From assembly GCA_963836185.1 (NCBI GenBank), contig CAWIIQ010000001.1:1307531-1371530 (forward strand): DNA of 64,000 nt. The letters are read 5' to 3'. Origin of the DNA: Candidatus Krumholzibacteriia bacterium. GTDB lineage: Bacteria > Krumholzibacteriota > Krumholzibacteriia > Krumholzibacteriales > Krumholzibacteriaceae. Under the pieces are notes generated by a model. It saw only the letters and a program-made list of their open reading frames with translations. It ran no database searches and was not told the origin of the DNA. This document shows, one piece after another, positions 1 to 9,387 of the stretch. The position numbers were made by a program, and so were the translations under genes. How positions within the stretch are numbered: the stretch's first letter is position 1; the number at the start of each line of letters is the position of its first letter.

Positions 1-1
1 C

Positions 2-313
2 AGGGTCAGGTCGGGCGAGGGCGCTGCTCCCATGGCGGAGGGAAGCACGTCGTTCGCCGTAGAACCTCTCTCCGTGGAGATGCTGAGGACCTCCGCCGAT
101 ACGCACCTCCTCGGGAGGTTGGCTTCGGCTGCAGGAGGCCGCCTCGTCGACCCGGGGGAGGTGGAGAATATCGCCGGCATGATCGATCTCAAAGATGATA
201 CGGTGGTATCGACATCTGTCCGGAAGATCAGGGGCAAGGTATGGTTCTTCGTTCTGATCATCCTCGTTTTCGCCGCCGAATGGCTGCTGCGAAAGATCCT
301 CGGCCTGGTCTAG
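2..313 (+). CDS. C-terminal fragment of a membrane-anchored protein; the 5' end lies outside the window
   Basis: The frame of ORF 32..313 stays open back to the window edge. The protein ends in a hydrophobic helix, VWFFVLIILVFAAEWLLRK. No family assigned. Confidence 0.5.
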   Translation, partial: RVRSGEGAAPMAEGSTSFAVEPLSVEMLRTSADTHLLGRLASAAGGRLVDPGEVENIAGMIDLKDDTVVSTSVRKIRGKVWFFVLIILVFAAEWLLRKILGLV

Positions 314-391
314 GCCGGGATAATCCGAAAATCCTTGATATAGCCGCTGCCCGGGAGTAAACTTCCTGTCGGAAGACAGGGAGGTGTGGTG

Positions 392-2020
392 ATGAAGGCG
401 TGGAGCTTCCTTCCGCTTATATTTGCGGTCACAGTGGCGGATTCCGCTTTATCGCAGGTCGTACTCAACGAGATCTATTACGATCATCCCGGCAGTGACG
501 CGGGTTTTGAATTCATCGAGCTGTATTGTGCGGGCAGCGTGGAGATCCCTCTCGCGGGATGGTCGATCGTCATGATCGACGGGAGGACGGGTACATCGCG
601 CGAGCTGTGGGCGGCAGGTGCCGGGAGGGTCATCGATAGCGGCGGATTGATCCTCATAGGAGGCGACAGCGTCGCCGTCTCTACGGCTGACCTGCTGGCC
701 GGCTCGATCGAAAACGGGCCCGACGCGGTGGCCCTTCTGCGGGCTGGCGAGAGCATGGACCTGGTGCGCTACGGTGGTGACGATCCGGGTTGCAGCGCCG
801 GCAGATCCCTGTCCCGCAGGCCGGATGGATCGGGCCTTGTCTGCTCATCGCCGACTCCCGGACGGATAAATTTTCATAAAATCGATCTGGCGGTCGCGTT
901 CGCCGGCCCCGTCCATGTTCATTGCGCTTCCGGATGGTCGGAAATATTCATCTGTCTCGAAAACAGGGGGCTGGAAGGATTCTCCGGAGACTGTTTTCTG
1001 ACAGTAACGAGTGTGCGGGATGGTCTTAGGTCAGTAGCGGGCAGCAGGCGGGTCAGTCCTTCGCTCGATGCGGGGGAAGGGCGGGAAATAGGGGTAAGCT
1101 GCGGCGGGATGCCTTCCGGGATCTCGACTCTGGAGATATTGATAGAGGCTGACGGCGACACCTGTCCCGAAAACGACATCGAAACTGTCTCGACCAGTTC
1201 TTCGCCGGGAGAGGTCGTTGTGACCGAGATAATGTACAGGCCCGAAGGCGGCGGCGAATGGATCGAGATCTTTAACAGGTCATACGGAACAGTCGATCTT
1301 GCAGGATGGTCCGTGACTGACTTGTCGGGAGCCTCAGGGTCCATTCCCGGAGGTGTGGAGATAGAGACGGGAGGCTTCGTCGTCCTCGCTCAGGACCCTG
1401 CAGCCGTCCTGTCTGTGTTTCCGGGTATCACCGCTCCTGTTCTGCCGCTCGAGAACGGGTGGCCCCGTCTCAACGACGGGGATGGGGACGGCACTGCTGA
1501 AGAGATATTTATCAGGCGTTCCGACGGGACCATTATGGAAAGTGTCTCGTACCGCTCCATGATCGAAGATGAGAAAGGCCGCTCTATCGAGAGGCTCTCG
1601 CCCGAACTGTGCAGCACCGGCAGGGACGGTCTCTGGCTGCGGTGCGGAGCGGCCGCCGGCGGCACTCCCGGTGAGAGGAACTACTGCAATGCCTCCGTTA
1701 TCCCATCGGAGGGGATGCATGTCTCTCCCGACCCTTTCTGCCCTCAGAAAGATGGCATGGTGCGATTCACCGTTGCCGCCGGCTCAGCGGATGTCTCGTA
1801 TGGAGCGAGAGTGTTTGATATGTCGGGCAGGGAGGTTTCCAGGCTGGCATCGGGGCCGGTCGACGCTCCGGCTGTCGTCTGCGGCTGGGACGGGCGGGAT
1901 TCAGGAGGGAAGCCGGCCGGTACAGGCCTTTACATATGTGTGGTGGAATTCATGGGAAGCGGAGGTGGGGTATGCAGAAGGGAAAAAGGTACCGTGGCGG
2001 TCTGGACCGGACAGCGATGA
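392..2020 (+). CDS. secreted lamin-tail-domain (LTD) protein with a C-terminal FlgD-Ig/T9SS-like sorting domain
   Basis: N-terminal signal peptide. Two LTD-type segments (VVLNEIYYDHPGSDAGFEFIELY and VVVTEIMYRPEGGGEWIEIFN...DLAGWSV). The C-terminus (VSPDPFCP...VFDMSGREV...WDGRD..GKPAGTGLY) resembles the sorting domains at 30.5 kb and 61.6 kb. ATG 392 follows GGGAGG by 7 nt; the track start is GTG 386. Confidence 0.8.
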   Translation: MKAWSFLPLIFAVTVADSALSQVVLNEIYYDHPGSDAGFEFIELYCAGSVEIPLAGWSIVMIDGRTGTSRELWAAGAGRVIDSGGLILIGGDSVAVSTADLLAGSIENGPDAVALLRAGESMDLVRYGGDDPGCSAGRSLSRRPDGSGLVCSSPTPGRINFHKIDLAVAFAGPVHVHCASGWSEIFICLENRGLEGFSGDCFLTVTSVRDGLRSVAGSRRVSPSLDAGEGREIGVSCGGMPSGISTLEILIEADGDTCPENDIETVSTSSSPGEVVVTEIMYRPEGGGEWIEIFNRSYGTVDLAGWSVTDLSGASGSIPGGVEIETGGFVVLAQDPAAVLSVFPGITAPVLPLENGWPRLNDGDGDGTAEEIFIRRSDGTIMESVSYRSMIEDEKGRSIERLSPELCSTGRDGLWLRCGAAAGGTPGERNYCNASVIPSEGMHVSPDPFCPQKDGMVRFTVAAGSADVSYGARVFDMSGREVSRLASGPVDAPAVVCGWDGRDSGGKPAGTGLYICVVEFMGSGGGVCRREKGTVAVWTGQR

Positions 2021-2748
2021 TGGTGGTGCTTGCCTTTGCGCTGTCACGGGGAGAGTGCAGGGCAGCGGATTCGTGGCAGAGAGCAATGGGGGGTGTGATC
2101 TTTCCGAGGAGGAGGCATCCGGCGGTCTACGGCGCAACTGAAGGATACCTGCTCGCCGCGGCATCGGCAGCGAATCCGTTCGCCATACCGGGGCTCTGTG
2201 AATCGACGGCCTTCCTCTCCCTCGTACGGAACAGATGTTCGGCAGGGTTGGAGTGGGAACGTACAGGCATCGCCGGATATTCGCATGACCTTCTCGAGGT
2301 GTCAGGAGGCTTCGCCCTTCCCGGAGGATTCATACATGCGGCAGCCTCGATGCGCGCGGAAAGCTGGAATGTGACCGGGTACGGGAGGGATACGTCGGTC
2401 TCGGTTCTGTATTCCCTGTCGATGAAGCTGTCATCGATAGCCGTTATCGAGCTGGAAGGGGGAGGCAGGCAGATTGAGGCCCCCGCTCACATAACGGTCG
2501 CAGCCGGCCGCGGCACAGCAGTTATCATCCTGACATATGGCAGAGACGGATACGGAGGGAAAGTCGCGAGGGCTGGAGGGACGGTCAGTATCACTGGAAG
2601 GTTTTCGTTTCTTGCAGGATACGACATGGATACAGGTGAGGCCTCAGGGGGCCTCGCGTTCCGCACCCGGGTCCTGGCAGCGATTTCGTGGAGTATCCAT
2701 CCTGCACTTGGTCCGACATTCTCAGTATCCGCGGGAGCGGTACGATGA
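1972..2748 (+). CDS. hypothetical secreted, beta-strand-rich (outer-membrane-like) protein
   Basis: An internal Met gives MQKGKRYRGGLDRTAMMVVLAFALS, which is signal-like. The sequence has alternating Gly/Ser/aromatic beta-type composition. The 3' end overlaps the next start by ATGA. Start uncertain. Confidence 0.5.
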   Translation: MQKGKRYRGGLDRTAMMVVLAFALSRGECRAADSWQRAMGGVIFPRRRHPAVYGATEGYLLAAASAANPFAIPGLCESTAFLSLVRNRCSAGLEWERTGIAGYSHDLLEVSGGFALPGGFIHAAASMRAESWNVTGYGRDTSVSVLYSLSMKLSSIAVIELEGGGRQIEAPAHITVAAGRGTAVIILTYGRDGYGGKVARAGGTVSITGRFSFLAGYDMDTGEASGGLAFRTRVLAAISWSIHPALGPTFSVSAGAVR

Positions 2749-4238
2749 GGCGGGCGGCTCTGGCGGCCGCAATCCCGCTGATGCTCTCATGTGCCCGGGC
2801 GAGCGGTCCCCGGGGACCGGGCAGCGCCCTGTCGGAAGGGATCGATCCGTCCAGGGACCGGTATTTCAGTGAGACCTTTCTCGACGAGGTCTCACCGGGA
2901 CCCGCGGTCGAAGCAGGAGTCGGCAGTGAACTCGATCTCTCCTGCGGCAGAGAGAGAAGGGATGCCTGGGTGCGGATCGGTACCCGGGGCGCAAGTTGCG
3001 CTGGGAGAGTGAGGAGTGCGGACGGCTGTTTCCGGGAGGCCTTTCATCTGGCGATAGCGCATGCAGGGAGGTTGAGGGTCGATCTTGGAGACCTTGTTCC
3101 AGACCTGGGGATCGGGCTTGTCTCGAGTGGCAGGAGATTCGCCTATCCATTCTCCTCGAGGCATCCGCTCTACCGCCCCAGAGGGATAAGGGGCTGGACA
3201 GGTTTCTACGGCTCTTTCATCCGGGGTGGGGCGATCCGTACCACTGTCGGGCCGGTCAGGGTGACACTCCTTTCCGGAATACTGGCGAGTCACGGCAGCC
3301 AGGGTGTCGAATACTCAGGCAGCGGCGCTGTTTCCGGAATCAGATTCGAAGTGGAAAGGGGCGCGGTCACCGGGGGGCTGACCACGATAGATCCCGGTTC
3401 CCGAGGTGGTGAGAGGATAGCGGGACTCGACTTCACCGTTTCGTCGCCGGGCAGGATATACATGCTGGAGACGGCGGCATCCCGGCCGGGGAATATATCG
3501 GCGGCATGGGGCATGACTGTCGATGGAAAGGATCTTGACTGCGGGATGATCGGGTGGTCGGTTCCTGCCGGATCAGACGGTTTCCTTGCATCCTTCCCCG
3601 GGCTTTCCACCGCATCCAGACGTTCCCGCAGCGGTGCATCTCTGGTGCTGAAAGGAAAGCTGCCCCGGAGGATCCATATTTCGGCATGGGGAGAGGTGAG
3701 GCAAAGCAGCGATGGAAGAGACAGGGAACTCGACAGGGCGCTGCGGTTAGAGGCCCGGATCAGGTGGAAAAGAAGCGCGGCGAGGTGTGCCTGGTCCTCA
3801 CGTAATAAAGAATCAGAAGACCTCGTTCCTTTCCCGCCTCTCCAGGAGCTCTGCCGGGACGAGACCAGTGGGCTGGTACTCTCCTTTTCATGCAGGCCGG
3901 CGGCCTCGCTTGCCCTGGTGATCGAATTCAAGAGGCCGGGGGGTACTGGCGGCGACGGTCTGATGTGTGCATCGAGGGCATCTCTCGCGCTTCGCAGTAT
4001 CGATTCGCGGCTTTCGATATCGGCCGCGGCATACGGCTCTCAGAGTGGCAATCCCCGCTTCTCCCTGTATGAACCGTCAGGGGGCGGGAAATACCCCTGG
4101 AAGACGCTCTACGGAAGTGGAAAGCGCATTGCGCTCGGTCTGGATACCGGAATCAGCATCGTCAGGGCATCCGTATTTTTTCTGTGGACCCCTGAAGGGG
4201 CAGCGGAAGCGGCCTTCAGGCTGTCAGCTGCTATTTAA
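2745..4238 (+). CDS. hypothetical lipoprotein / beta-rich envelope protein
   Basis: MRRAALAAAIPLMLSCARASG is a lipobox-type signal. ATGA start/stop overlap with the upstream gene. Long ORF in the dominant coding frame. No recognisable domain. Confidence 0.55.
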   Translation: MRRAALAAAIPLMLSCARASGPRGPGSALSEGIDPSRDRYFSETFLDEVSPGPAVEAGVGSELDLSCGRERRDAWVRIGTRGASCAGRVRSADGCFREAFHLAIAHAGRLRVDLGDLVPDLGIGLVSSGRRFAYPFSSRHPLYRPRGIRGWTGFYGSFIRGGAIRTTVGPVRVTLLSGILASHGSQGVEYSGSGAVSGIRFEVERGAVTGGLTTIDPGSRGGERIAGLDFTVSSPGRIYMLETAASRPGNISAAWGMTVDGKDLDCGMIGWSVPAGSDGFLASFPGLSTASRRSRSGASLVLKGKLPRRIHISAWGEVRQSSDGRDRELDRALRLEARIRWKRSAARCAWSSRNKESEDLVPFPPLQELCRDETSGLVLSFSCRPAASLALVIEFKRPGGTGGDGLMCASRASLALRSIDSRLSISAAAYGSQSGNPRFSLYEPSGGGKYPWKTLYGSGKRIALGLDTGISIVRASVFFLWTPEGAAEAAFRLSAAI

Positions 4239-4284
4239 CATATTTTCAGTGAATTGGAACCATTCATGCATAAAATTCATCGGA

Positions 4285-5820
4285 ATGGAAACTCTAAAGA
4301 CACTATCGTATGATTACGAGGCCGCGGGCCGCAGGATCGTCACGATCCCGACGGAACTGCCATTCTCTGAGTTTTACGAGGGGTTCAAAGCAATACGTGA
4401 TTTTGAGCAGAGGCAGAAAGAGCTGACCGCGATAGCCGAGAACGGGAATATTTACGAGCTCTCAGCATCTCTTTCCTCTCATCTCCTCATCGCTGAATAT
4501 CCTCATCTCGATCTCCTGACCATACTGGCCATGGCAGGTTCCGGTGATACGGCCGGGGTCAGGCTGCTCTACGCCTCGATGCTCGCCGTTCAGCCGGCGA
4601 CAGTGATGATAGGCAAGATGGCCGATTTCCATAACATCAAGCGGGTGATGGACAGGATACACAACAGAAAGAAAGCGCACGCTCCACTCAGCGATGCGGA
4701 AGAATGGTTCAGTAAAAAAGTCATGCTGCTGTCCATGGCGCAGAAGCTGCCCGATACCTCTGAATACGATGCCGAGAAGCCATGGCACTCGTGGAGCGAA
4801 GGAGTACGCAGGGCGCTGTCCGAAGCCGACGACAGGTGGGACGAGGCAGTCACCGAGAGGGCCAAGGCCGAGGTAGAGGCTCTCGACATGAAGATAAGAA
4901 ATATCGTTGCTTCTCTCGATCCGGACAGACGCGGCGCTGTCGCGATCTATCTCGGATCAATGTGTGAAGAGAACAAGTTCAAGATGCAGGCGCTCGGTGA
5001 ATCGATAGGCGATGGACGGTCGGACCCGCTGATACTCAGGCGCGGGCTGGAAAATATCTGGGAGAATACGATCACATCACTGCGTCAGAGCAGAGCGGGG
5101 AACCTGCTCGCCGACATGTTCGACGCCCAGGCACAGAAGACACACACGCTGCCGCAGCTCAAGGCGGGCGCTTCGCTGCTGAGGTCCCTTAACATGCATC
5201 CTGAGATCAGAGGTGTCACCGGCAGTATCGACCTGCTCAGCTGTCTTTACCAGTTTATAACGAGCGCGGGGGACGGTATTCTCGAGGTGATGGTGCCGAA
5301 AGGTACAAGACTCGACGCTATCCGGGATTCTTCGGGATTTACGTTCGAGGACGAGGTCCTTACGATAGATCTCGTGAGGATCTCACGTGGAACATTCGTA
5401 GACGATGATGGAATGCCGATCAATGTCGACTGGACGCTCGCTACGCTCGACAAGCAACTGAGCTACAAGAGCCTGGTACTTTCCTATATGGACAACGACA
5501 GCTTCCTGGTCGAACTGCTGAACAACCCCAAGGCCAGTTCCAAGCCTGGTGTCGTGGACCTTATCTCGACGAGATGCCGGTCACTCAGGGTCCTCACTCT
5601 CATAGCGACCCGAAGGGATCTCTTTACAGGTTTTGCGAACAAGAACGTTCCTCTCAATCTTCTGATGAGTCCCTGCAAGATACCGCTGACTTCGCTTAGA
5701 AAGTTCGTCCATGTCAGGTATGTCGATAAGATGACCCTGGCGAAGCTCACCGGCCGCGGGGGCAATATCCGCGAGGAAGTCAGGCGGGAGATCACCCGAT
5801 ACCTCGAATCGTCCCATTGA
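4285..5820 (+). CDS. hypothetical cytoplasmic protein (511 aa), no recognisable domain
   Basis: ATG 4285 (METLKTLSYDY) lies just after an AT-rich 47-bp spacer. The upstream part of ORF 3967..5820 overlaps the preceding gene and looks non-coding. No signal peptide or TM segment. Confidence 0.6.
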   Translation: METLKTLSYDYEAAGRRIVTIPTELPFSEFYEGFKAIRDFEQRQKELTAIAENGNIYELSASLSSHLLIAEYPHLDLLTILAMAGSGDTAGVRLLYASMLAVQPATVMIGKMADFHNIKRVMDRIHNRKKAHAPLSDAEEWFSKKVMLLSMAQKLPDTSEYDAEKPWHSWSEGVRRALSEADDRWDEAVTERAKAEVEALDMKIRNIVASLDPDRRGAVAIYLGSMCEENKFKMQALGESIGDGRSDPLILRRGLENIWENTITSLRQSRAGNLLADMFDAQAQKTHTLPQLKAGASLLRSLNMHPEIRGVTGSIDLLSCLYQFITSAGDGILEVMVPKGTRLDAIRDSSGFTFEDEVLTIDLVRISRGTFVDDDGMPINVDWTLATLDKQLSYKSLVLSYMDNDSFLVELLNNPKASSKPGVVDLISTRCRSLRVLTLIATRRDLFTGFANKNVPLNLLMSPCKIPLTSLRKFVHVRYVDKMTLAKLTGRGGNIREEVRREITRYLESSH

Positions 5821-5826
5821 TCGACG

Positions 5827-7008
5827 CTATCTCCTGAATCTTTTCCGTATTTCTCCCCAGGAGCTTTTCCGCGTCCCTACCGTACCGCACTCGGCGCGGT
5901 AAGCCCCGATATGGCTGCAGAAGATCCCGTCAGAAGCATTCAACCACAGGCAGGGTGAATCTGCCTGAAGATACCAGTTCCCTGAGCCGGGGAGGCCGCA
6001 GAACTGAGGGTCGATGATATGATTGTTGCCCGAATCGGTTCCGCCTTCCGGTATGGAATCGCCGCCTGCGTTCTTCCAGAATACACAGGTTTCTACATCT
6101 ATCGCGGAGCTTTCCAGCAAGCTGAGCGCGCTGCCCAGGTGACTGAACGAAATGATTGAGCACTCGAGCCTGATGCTGGATCCATCCTGCAGATGAATGC
6201 CTCCGCCGTCGGGCGCGTCGTTTTCGGACAAGGTGCATTGTCTGATAGTAGCGGGTTTATCCTCGCTGACGCTGATCCCACCTCCGCGGTTATCGGATCT
6301 GTTAGCGCATATGATCGATCTCTCGATCCTGAAGTCGTAGTTATGCGCCAGCAGTCCCCCTCCTCGATCTTCGGCAATGTTGTCCCGGATCACACAGTTT
6401 CTTAGTGTCCCAGTAGTGGAGCTGTTTACCAGGCAGATCCCACCGCCGTAGTAAGCGCTGTTATTGTGGAATACGCAGTCCTCTATCACAGGGGCGCTGA
6501 CTCCGCCATACCACAGGCCGCCGCCCTGCTGGGCCGAGTTGGCGGTGAAGACACAGTTTTTTATGACGGGAGAGGACAGGTGCCCGATCAGACCGCCGCC
6601 GGCATCGTAATTGTCCGGCGCGACGCCATTCACGAAGGTGAAGCCGTCTATAACGATATCGTTGTAACCCTGGATGAACATGATCCTTCCCTGATATTGC
6701 GCGTCGAGTACAGTCACATCGGGGCCGTTGGAGCTTCGAAGTGTGAATCCGCTGACATCACGCCCGAAAAAGATCATTCCATAATCATCGGTATGGCCCT
6801 GGCTCGACCATGTATATGTCCCGGGGGCGACGAGGATCTCATCGCCGGCCCCTGACGAGTCTATGGCAGCCTGTATCGTCGGCGCATCGCCGGTCCCAGC
6901 CGCGTTGACGTTCCAGGTACGGGCCATGGATGCATACGAGAGTGAAAGAACGAGGAGGGACGTAAGGGAAATAAGGGAGAGCGCTCCTGCGGTGGTATTT
7001 ATTCTCAT
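5827..7008 (-). CDS. secreted right-handed parallel beta-helix protein with Pmp-type (FxxN...GGG[IL]) repeats
   Basis: Signal peptide, then WNVNAAGTGDAPTIQAAIDSSGAGDEILVAPGTYTW. This is followed by repeated CVFxxNSA..GGGLWY / GGGICL / GGGLLA / GGGISV / GGGIHL units. Confidence 0.8.
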   Translation of the reverse strand: MRINTTAGALSLISLTSLLVLSLSYASMARTWNVNAAGTGDAPTIQAAIDSSGAGDEILVAPGTYTWSSQGHTDDYGMIFFGRDVSGFTLRSSNGPDVTVLDAQYQGRIMFIQGYNDIVIDGFTFVNGVAPDNYDAGGGLIGHLSSPVIKNCVFTANSAQQGGGLWYGGVSAPVIEDCVFHNNSAYYGGGICLVNSSTTGTLRNCVIRDNIAEDRGGGLLAHNYDFRIERSIICANRSDNRGGGISVSEDKPATIRQCTLSENDAPDGGGIHLQDGSSIRLECSIISFSHLGSALSLLESSAIDVETCVFWKNAGGDSIPEGGTDSGNNHIIDPQFCGLPGSGNWYLQADSPCLWLNASDGIFCSHIGAYRAECGTVGTRKSSWGEIRKRFRR

Positions 7009-7099
7009 CTGGCCTCCTTGCCTATAGCTTATTGATTGTAATGGTTATAATCAAGGGGTGTTCCTTGACGGGAAATGTATATTTATTGTCCTGCTGATG

Positions 7100-7128
7100 T
7101 TGACAAACGGAACCATGATACCTAATAT
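7100..7128 (+). promoter_or_regulatory. sigma70-like promoter for the aminotransferase gene
   Basis: TTGACA (7100-7105), 17-nt spacer, TAATAT (7123-7128). It sits about 70 nt upstream of ATG 7196, which is preceded by AGGAGG. Confidence 0.5.
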
Positions 7129-7195
7129 CCGTATGTTATATCAGGAGCAATGGCGTATTCACGAAGATGGGGACCGATTCCATACAGGAGGAGTA

Positions 7196-8347
7196 ATGCT
7201 TGCTGAAAGAATGAGCAGGTTGGGGACCGAGACAGCGTTCGAGGTTCTGGCCCGTGCGAAGGCGATGGAAGCACAGGGACGCGATGTCGTTCATCTCGAG
7301 ATCGGCGAGCCCGATTTCGATACCCCCGCGAATATTCGGGAAGCTGCAAAGAAGGCGATAGATGAAGGGTTCACGCATTACGGTCCATCCGCGGGCATGC
7401 TGAATGTCAGAGAGGCTTTTGCCGAGTTCCTTACGAAGGATCGCGGAATCGAGGTCAAGCCCGAAAACATCGTCGTTACACCCGGCGCGAAGCCGATACT
7501 CTTCTTCACGATCCTCGCCCTGGTAGACAAGGGTGACGAGGTCGTCTATCCCAACCCGGGATTTCCGATCTACGAGTCAGTCATCAACTTCGTTGGTGCG
7601 AAGCCGGTTCCTGTTCCGCTGAGGGAGGAGAAAGCGTTCTCCTTCGATCTCGACGAGATGCGCTCCCTTGTCAATGACAAGACAAAGCTGATCATCATCA
7701 ATTCTCCCCAGAATCCTACAGGCGGAGTCCTTACTTCAGAGGATATGAAGGGAATCGCCGAACTCGCGGAGAAGCATGACGCATACATCCTCAGCGATGA
7801 GGTCTACAGCAAGATGGTATACGAGGGCAAGCATGTCAGCATTTACGATTATCCCGAGGTGCGCGACAGAGTGATCCTCCTCGAGGGCCACTCGAAGACG
7901 TATGCCATGACAGGCTGGAGACTCGGTTATGCCTCGATGAATCCCGAACTGGCGGCGCAGATCTCGAAGATCCAGACGAACAGCAACTCGTGCACGGCTG
8001 CTTTTACACAGATCGCAGGTGTAGAGGCTCTCACTGGCCCGCAGGACGAGTCTCTCAAGATGATGGCCGAGTTCAAGGCGAGAAGGGACCTGATCGTCGA
8101 CGGTCTTAACGACCTTCCCGGGTTCTCATGCCTGAGTCCTAAGGGTGCTTTCTACGTATTTCCGAACATCACGGGAACGGGCCGCAAATCGAAGGAACTC
8201 GAGGAGTTCCTGCTCGAGGAAGCCGGAGTGGCCGGCCTGAGCGGTACGAGTTTCGGCAAGTATGGCGAGGGATACCTGAGATTCTCGTACGCCAACTCGC
8301 AGGAAAACCTGAGGAAAGCCCTGGATATGATCAGGAAGGTCCTCTAA
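7196..8347 (+). CDS. pyridoxal-phosphate-dependent class I aminotransferase (aspartate/aromatic type)
   Basis: Motifs LEIGEPDFDTP, NSPQNPTGG and the PLP-lysine motif SKTYAMTGWRLGY. AGGAGG lies 5 nt upstream of ATG 7196. The track ORF starts at 7058, but that extension has no similarity to this family. Confidence 0.9.
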   Translation: MLAERMSRLGTETAFEVLARAKAMEAQGRDVVHLEIGEPDFDTPANIREAAKKAIDEGFTHYGPSAGMLNVREAFAEFLTKDRGIEVKPENIVVTPGAKPILFFTILALVDKGDEVVYPNPGFPIYESVINFVGAKPVPVPLREEKAFSFDLDEMRSLVNDKTKLIIINSPQNPTGGVLTSEDMKGIAELAEKHDAYILSDEVYSKMVYEGKHVSIYDYPEVRDRVILLEGHSKTYAMTGWRLGYASMNPELAAQISKIQTNSNSCTAAFTQIAGVEALTGPQDESLKMMAEFKARRDLIVDGLNDLPGFSCLSPKGAFYVFPNITGTGRKSKELEEFLLEEAGVAGLSGTSFGKYGEGYLRFSYANSQENLRKALDMIRKVL

Positions 8348-8421
8348 GATAAGCAGATGATAACATCGAGTACCCCTGGCGGAGATATCTTCGCCGGGGG
8401 TATCGTTTCCGGAGGTAATCC

Positions 8422-9375
8422 TTGGCTGGTGAAATAGATGTGGTGGCCCTCGGAGGGAACGCGATAATCCCTTCCGGCGGAACGGGGACGATAGAAGAAC
8501 AGAGAGAAGTCACGATACGCTCGATGGAGCATGTGGCCGACCTTATCCAGTCGGGCAGAAAAGTGATAATCACTCATGGGAACGGACCGATAGTCGGGAA
8601 CATACTCGAGAGGAACGAGGCGGCCAAGGACAGGATACCTCCGATGCCGCTCGACATCTGCGGGGCCGACTCCCAGGGCGGGATCGGATACATGATCCAG
8701 CAGATCCTCGGCAATGTCCTCAGGAGCCGCAAGATCGACAAGCCCGTCGTCTCGATCGTATCTCAGGTGGTCGTCTCGGAAGAAGACGATGCCTTTCAGG
8801 ACCCGACCAAGCCCATAGGCCCATACTATTCCCAGGACGAATCGAAAGAGCTGGAGAAGTCGAAGGGCTGGATCATGAAGGAAGACGCGGGAGGCAGGGG
8901 ATACCGTCGCGTTGTGCCGAGCCCGACGCCGAAGGACATCGTCGAAGCCGATGTCATCTCGCATCTGCTCTCCAGGGGCGCTGTTGTCATCGCGGTAGGC
9001 GGCGGCGGGATACCGGTCGTGTTCAGGGACGGAAGGCTCGAGGGTGTCGAGGCCGTCATAGACAAGGACAGGGCAGCGTCCGCGCTCGCGACAGGTATCG
9101 GTGCTGAGAATCTGATAATCCTCACAAATGTCGAACAGGTATATACCGATTTTGGCAAACCGGAACAGCTGGGGCTCGGCAGGATCGAGGTCTCCGAGAT
9201 ACGGAAGATGTACGAGGCCTACGAGTTCCCCGCGGGCAGCATGGGGCCGAAGATCAGGGCCGCCATCGATTTCGTGGAGGCAGGTGGACAGTCGGCGATC
9301 ATCACCCATTCTGCCACCCTCAGGGAAGCTGTGGAGGGGAAAGTCGGCACCCATATAGTTCCGGACGGAACCTGA
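8422..9375 (+). CDS. arcC: carbamate kinase
   Basis: Motifs VVALGGNAI, ITHGNGPIVGN, DSQGGIGYM, GYRRVVPSP and GGGGIPV, with full-length colinearity to carbamate kinases. TTG start preceded by GGAGG. Confidence 0.9.
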   Translation: MAGEIDVVALGGNAIIPSGGTGTIEEQREVTIRSMEHVADLIQSGRKVIITHGNGPIVGNILERNEAAKDRIPPMPLDICGADSQGGIGYMIQQILGNVLRSRKIDKPVVSIVSQVVVSEEDDAFQDPTKPIGPYYSQDESKELEKSKGWIMKEDAGGRGYRRVVPSPTPKDIVEADVISHLLSRGAVVIAVGGGGIPVVFRDGRLEGVEAVIDKDRAASALATGIGAENLIILTNVEQVYTDFGKPEQLGLGRIEVSEIRKMYEAYEFPAGSMGPKIRAAIDFVEAGGQSAIITHSATLREAVEGKVGTHIVPDGT

Positions 9376-9387
9376 TCCCGGCTTCAG

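Noticed and set aside
3967-4284. 5' extensions of track ORFs, which would give much longer proteins: 3967 for the 4285 gene, 7058 for the aminotransferase, 16836 for alkaline phosphatase, 16526, 38363, 47322 and 53556 for the receiver.
   Set aside because: The extensions overlap upstream genes or intergenic promoters and have no family similarity. Internal ATGs with good Shine-Dalgarno sequences give N-termini that match the family or a signal peptide.
8344-9354. Long antisense ORFs overlapping well-supported genes. Examples on the minus strand: 8344..9354, 10663..11436, 13453..14163, 20885..21889, 26525..27178, 34582..35658, 38519..39409, 43482..44126 and 51992..53011.
   Set aside because: These are typical shadow ORFs of GC-rich DNA. 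Their translations are Arg/Pro/Gly-rich and low in complexity, and they lack ribosome-binding sites. Each lies opposite a gene with strong family motifs.
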